Below, in pieces: positions 60,228 through 64,000 of a stretch of DNA of 64,000 nt. The notes under the pieces were generated by a model. The model was given only the letters and a program-made list of their open reading frames with translations. It ran no database searches and had not been told where the DNA came from. This stretch comes from Candidatus Enterousia sp. GTDB taxonomy: Bacteria; Pseudomonadota; Alphaproteobacteria; Rs-D84. The stretch lies in NCBI GenBank assembly GCA_045612805.1, contig JAZKZR010000010.1:195136-259135 (forward strand), written 5' to 3'. Each line of letters begins with the position of its first letter. Positions within the stretch are counted from its first letter, which is position 1. Position numbers and translations under genes: made by a program.

Positions 60228-61166
60228 TTAATCAACCCCGTATCCCATTTGACCGGTCCCAGCGGGATAATACAGTTTTTTGTCAACGGTATCCCACATA
60301 CAATTTGTTTGTGCCATGTGTCCGCAAACATTTGTGCCAGCGGGAACGGGTTCAAAATCGTGTACCAACGTCCCTGATGTATCATATAATTTAATATAAT
60401 ACAATTTCATACCACCACTGTCTGTTTGGTCAAGCGAACTATTACTAATCAAATTATTTTTAAATATTTTTATCGTATCTGATGTTGAACATGAACCAAA
60501 CGTACGTGTTATTGTGCTTTTGTATACTCCATCGATATAATATTTAATACCCTTTTTTGTGGAATTTTGGTTTTCTGTTACAAATCTTAATAATTTTTTA
60601 CTGTTTGCTTCATTAAAATTTGTGGCTGAAGCCGAATTGGTAGATCCAAATCTAAACTGGGCACGACGTTTATGATCCAATGTCAGATCAAACCAACACG
60701 ATGAACTGTTTGTACCAAATATACGCGCACTTTTACCGTTTACAATTTTCACCTGAACATCAAGATTATATGAAGGGTTTACCGCAACACCCGTATCAAA
60801 CCACTGGTTCCCATCGGACAATAAATATGCATTTGGGGTCAGTGTTGGACCGGTGCATTCCGGGTCGGTTATAACAATCGGGTCACCCGGTTCTTCGGGC
60901 ATAACCCATGTGCCGCCACCACATTCACCATCACATATTGTATAAACGGTGCCATTTGCATTAACATGTAACGAATCCGCCGCCCACGTAGTGGTTGCAG
61001 GGGCGCAATACGTATTATTGCCAACCATAACTTTTAATTTGTGATCCGTGCTACACGAATTTTGTAAAGTGATAGAATGGTTTCCAATGCGCAAAACCTG
61101 TCCCATCGCCATACATGCGTATGTCGATATACCCAGTAATAAAAATACTCTCCCGTATCGCATCAC
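60228..61166 (-). CDS. Secreted protein that shares the jelly-roll-like module with the convergent 56436-60125 gene
   Basis: Signal peptide. YLLSDGNQWFDTGV...LYDTSGTLVHDFEPV...YYPAGTG aligns with EYLQSRNGNQFIDTGYGV...LYDNGVLKLDLIP...FYVNAGFD in the neighbouring gene. Confidence 0.7.
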   Translation of the reverse strand: MMRYGRVFLLLGISTYACMAMGQVLRIGNHSITLQNSCSTDHKLKVMVGNNTYCAPATTTWAADSLHVNANGTVYTICDGECGGGTWVMPEEPGDPIVITDPECTGPTLTPNAYLLSDGNQWFDTGVAVNPSYNLDVQVKIVNGKSARIFGTNSSSCWFDLTLDHKRRAQFRFGSTNSASATNFNEANSKKLLRFVTENQNSTKKGIKYYIDGVYKSTITRTFGSCSTSDTIKIFKNNLISNSSLDQTDSGGMKLYYIKLYDTSGTLVHDFEPVPAGTNVCGHMAQTNCMWDTVDKKLYYPAGTGQMGYGVD

Positions 61167-61282
61167 GCTTAGGGTCCATTCTTATGGTATCAAAACAATT
61201 ATGATGTGACACCAACCATACTAAGTGTAAAAAAAAACTTGTCACCAAGACAAGCGTTTTATGTGAAAAACGGAAAAATAAT

Positions 61283-61576
61283 TTATTCAAACCAAATTAC
61301 CGCACGGGTATTGCTTGACGTGCTGCCCACGGGAATTGTCACTTCACTTTTGGTAACGGTCACGGTTCCATTGCTTGCGGTAACACTGCTCACTATGGGA
61401 CCCGTCCCCGATTCAACAACATTTGTTGATGTTAATTTATCTTGTTTTACCGCATCCATTGTGTTATATGCTCCTTCGACATACGACCTTGTTACCACTT
61501 TTGTATTGGGTGTAACCTCGGCAAAAACCGGTGCAGTCAAGAAAATTCCGATAAAGATGCATAAAACCTTCTTCAT
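61283..61576 (-). CDS. Small secreted Thr/Ser/Val-rich protein (first of four tandem genes)
   Basis: Signal peptide MKKVLCIFIGIFLTAPVFA. Mature N-terminus PNTKVVTRSYVEGAYN. Confidence 0.55.
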   Translation of the reverse strand: MKKVLCIFIGIFLTAPVFAEVTPNTKVVTRSYVEGAYNTMDAVKQDKLTSTNVVESGTGPIVSSVTASNGTVTVTKSEVTIPVGSTSSNTRAVIWFE

Positions 61577-61653
61577 TTCGTAAATCTACCTGAACAATTA
61601 TGTTGTATAAAAATACAATCATAATTGCCCAGATATAAATTTATTTGTTTTTA

Positions 61654-62520
61654 TTACGGTTGTGTTGGGGCTGTTAATGTCACTTCTTGGTTTGTATCCG
61701 TATTCCAAGTTGTGTACACTTTCAACACTTTCGCACTTTGGGTATCAGCAGCAGTTTTTAATTCATTGATAGCAGCTGTTACCGTTTGTGCTGTCGTTTG
61801 CAAACCAGTATTACCAACTATTCCTTCCAAAGCATCTGCGTCTGCTTGTGCAGCATTTGCAGCAGATTGTGCAGTAGCGGCATTGGTTATACCTGTTTGT
61901 GCAGCGGTCATCGCAGCATTGGCAGCGGCCGCAGCGGATGCTTTTTGTGCTTCAGTAAAATGCGTATCTGTTAACGCTGCCGCAGTACCAGCAAAACCCG
62001 CTGCAGTATTAACTTCATTGATAGCACCAACTAAAGAATTTTTTTCTGTTGTTGTTAAATTATTTAAAACACCAACGCTTGTTTCCAACGCATCAACTTC
62101 GGATTGTGCAGTGGCGGCATTGGTTATACCTGTTTGTGCAGCGGTCATCGCAGCATTGGCAGCGGCCGCAGCGGATGCTTTTTGTGCTTCAGTAAAATGC
62201 GTATCTGTTAACGCTGCCGCAGTACCAGCAAAACCCGCTGCGGTATTAACTTCATTGATAGCACCAACTAAAGAATTTTTTTCTGTAGTTGTCAATGTTG
62301 TTAAATCACCTTCGGCTGCTTTTGCACGGGCATTTTCTGCGTTTGCAACTGCAACTGCGGCATTATATGCACCACGAACAAATGATGTTGATGCAACATT
62401 AGTGTTTGGGGTTGCATCCACTGGTTCCGCCGGAACTGTACCGATTGTCGGTGTTGCGTTCGCCGCCATTGGTAAAATCGCCAAAGCCGCGATTACCGAT
62501 ATGTTTAAGATTTTTTTCAT
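61654..62520 (-). CDS. Secreted Ala/Thr-rich fibrous protein with an internal 79-aa tandem duplication
   Basis: Signal peptide MKKILNISVIAALAILPMAANA. PNTNVASTSFVRGAYN. The 63-aa block TTEKNSLVGAINEVN...ITNAATAQS occurs twice within a 79-aa unit. The antisense ORF at 61625-62719 is rejected. Confidence 0.7.
   Translation of the reverse strand: MKKILNISVIAALAILPMAANATPTIGTVPAEPVDATPNTNVASTSFVRGAYNAAVAVANAENARAKAAEGDLTTLTTTEKNSLVGAINEVNTAAGFAGTAAALTDTHFTEAQKASAAAAANAAMTAAQTGITNAATAQSEVDALETSVGVLNNLTTTEKNSLVGAINEVNTAAGFAGTAAALTDTHFTEAQKASAAAAANAAMTAAQTGITNAATAQSAANAAQADADALEGIVGNTGLQTTAQTVTAAINELKTAADTQSAKVLKVYTTWNTDTNQEVTLTAPTQP
61865..62307. repeat. Near-perfect tandem duplication (237-bp period, about 200 bp per copy, 2 mismatches) inside gene 61654-62520
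   Basis: gattgtgcagt(a/g)gcggcattggttatacctgtttgtgcagcggtcatcgcagcattggcagcggccgcagcggatgc... occurs at 61865 and at 62102. Confidence 0.8.
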
Positions 62521-62618
62521 TCTCTTTCTCCTTGTTTGTTTTTGGTTTACCTGTGCGCATTATATCATAATAAAAAATTTTTTTGAACAATATAATGCAC
62601 TGTTTTTAATTTTTTTTT

Positions 62619-63194
62619 TTAGTTACCACTCAACACGTTATTTTCAAATGCTTCTGCACTCCATGTGGATTCTACCTCCATCGCCTGCCATGTTCCAGCA
62701 CCGTAGGCATCGGTTTTGAAAACATATGTTGTGTTCGCAGATGTGGTCACATCCAACCCGATTGTCGATGGGTTATCGCCGGTTCCTGGTGTGACCTTGA
62801 CACCGGTTCCCGCGGTGTAACCATTGGAATTTTCCAAATCGGTCACCCGTTTTACCAAACCACTGGTTGAATCACCGACTGTCGATTGCAAACTTTGAAC
62901 GGCACCCTTCAAACCGGTCCCCGGCGTGTTGCCTTCACCCACGGTTCCAATATCACCGACCAATCCGGTCGCCGGATCGTTACCACTTGCGGGTGCACCA
63001 ACAATGTTTTGCAAACTTTTTACCGCACCATCCGATATTCCACTTGCAACCTTGTACACGTATTTCAACCCGTCATCCACGTATCCCTTGGTTGTTAATG
63101 CCGCAGAACTGGCATCCGGAACCGGGTCCGCGTATGCGCCGATTGAAATCATCGATACTGATGCAATCAAACCATACAAAAAGTTTCTTTTCAT
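62619..63194 (-). CDS. Secreted Gly/Thr-rich protein in the same four-gene cluster
   Basis: Signal peptide MKRNFLYGLIASVSMISIGAYA. Mature N-terminus contains ALTTKGYVDDGLKYVYK. Confidence 0.6.
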   Translation of the reverse strand: MKRNFLYGLIASVSMISIGAYADPVPDASSAALTTKGYVDDGLKYVYKVASGISDGAVKSLQNIVGAPASGNDPATGLVGDIGTVGEGNTPGTGLKGAVQSLQSTVGDSTSGLVKRVTDLENSNGYTAGTGVKVTPGTGDNPSTIGLDVTTSANTTYVFKTDAYGAGTWQAMEVESTWSAEAFENNVLSGN

Positions 63195-63245
63195 TTCTAT
63201 CGTTCCTCCTTTTTTTTGTTAGTTTTTTTGTTTGTCTCTCTCGCC

Positions 63246-63980
63246 CTATGGTTGACCTTGGGTGCCACCGGTTTGACCATCATGCAAAAAACTGGGGTCA
63301 AATACCTTTACAACCTTTGCATTGGCCAAGTCGCCTACAATCTGGTCAACGTATTGTTTGGTATAATAATTATTTTGCAGATATGTTTTTGTTTGGTCAA
63401 TCGTATAATACTTTGTGACATCAACAAAGTCGGTTAAGTTGCCTATTTGTTGTTCCATTTCGGCAACCTTGTCCGGCAAAATCGCGATTTCTTCGGTCAC
63501 GCCGATTATGTTGCCGGTAATATCAATCCCATCGCCCGGTTCCAATGTTTCCTGTTTTGTTGTCATTTGGTCTTCCAACGCTGCAACCCGATTCGTTAAA
63601 TCGGACACATCTGTATTCGCACCACCGGACGGTGTTGTGTTATTTGACGGAATTTTTGAACTTATGCTTTTTACAATATTGCCATGAAGCCCCGACAACC
63701 GCATAGAATTCGCAGAACCCAATGTTGTTGACGTGGTAGTGCCCGAAACATTTGCACCACTGGTCGCCACGTTCTTCGGGCTAAGGTATGACCCCGATGT
63801 CCGTATGGATGATGCCCGCGTCGTGGTTGTTTTCGGGGGAACAACATTGTTGATTTGTGTGCCACCTGTATTTGTTGCGCCCAACCTTTTTACCGTCGGC
63901 GCCCCCACCGCCGGATACGTCAAAACACCCGTCGATACCAACGAAAACGCCAAAAACAATACGTTTCGATATAACATCAT
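63246..63980 (-). CDS. Secreted coiled-coil protein in the same four-gene cluster
   Basis: Signal peptide MMLYRNVLFLAFSLVSTGVLTYPAVGA. Ser/Thr-rich linker, predicted coiled coil ...RVAALEDQMTTKQETLE..., C-terminal TKQYVDQIVGDL. Confidence 0.6.
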   Translation of the reverse strand: MMLYRNVLFLAFSLVSTGVLTYPAVGAPTVKRLGATNTGGTQINNVVPPKTTTTRASSIRTSGSYLSPKNVATSGANVSGTTTSTTLGSANSMRLSGLHGNIVKSISSKIPSNNTTPSGGANTDVSDLTNRVAALEDQMTTKQETLEPGDGIDITGNIIGVTEEIAILPDKVAEMEQQIGNLTDFVDVTKYYTIDQTKTYLQNNYYTKQYVDQIVGDLANAKVVKVFDPSFLHDGQTGGTQGQP

Positions 63981-64000
63981 AGATTCCTATCAACACACAT

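Noticed and set aside
61625-62719. 364-aa Ala-rich ORF on the plus strand
   Set aside because: It is antisense to the signal-peptide-bearing gene 61654-62520, and its low-complexity frame is the mirror of the real Ala/Thr-rich protein. It has no ribosome-binding site or signal peptide.

Overview
64-kb window from a diderm bacterium, most likely an alphaproteobacterium. The lineage call rests on a circularly permuted two-piece tmRNA whose tag starts ANDN, an Obg protein starting MKFLD, and Mla/MCE, AmiC and Tat-signal genes. Rubrerythrin, a flavodoxin-like protein and a 1-Cys peroxiredoxin hint at a low-oxygen niche, but that is inference. About one third of the window (19703-40069) is a single uninterrupted gene for a 6788-aa Sec-secreted mosaic protein. 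It is built from about 40 Listeria-Bacteroides (Flg_new/InlB B-repeat-like) units, ephrin-receptor-like (GCC2_GCC3-type) Cys-rich units and a C-terminal tandem array of Cys-rich modules. It is followed 12 bp later by mlaE-mlaF-mlaD and a PqiC-like lipoprotein gene. A second accessory region (about 55-64 kb) begins at a tRNA-Ser(GCT) with a phage-type lysozyme and an HTH regulator. It encodes a 1229-aa Cys-rich secreted protein, a convergent 312-aa paralog sharing a roughly 210-aa module, and four tandem genes for small secreted Ala/Thr-rich fibrous proteins, one of which carries a near-perfect 237-bp tandem duplication. Core genes in the window are prfB with an intact programmed +1 frameshift site, obg, a Lon-like gene lacking the protease domain, tsaB, rimI, an ACP, a Pif1-like helicase, RNase E/G, amiC, an IHF/HU-like protein, a fused accD-accA, aroK and mscL. 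There are five tRNAs (His, Arg, Met, Ser-CGA, Ser-GCT), and two of them have a short downstream copy of their own 3' end. No CRISPR array, transposase or integrase gene was found. All calls come from reading the sequence and ORF translations; no database search was run.
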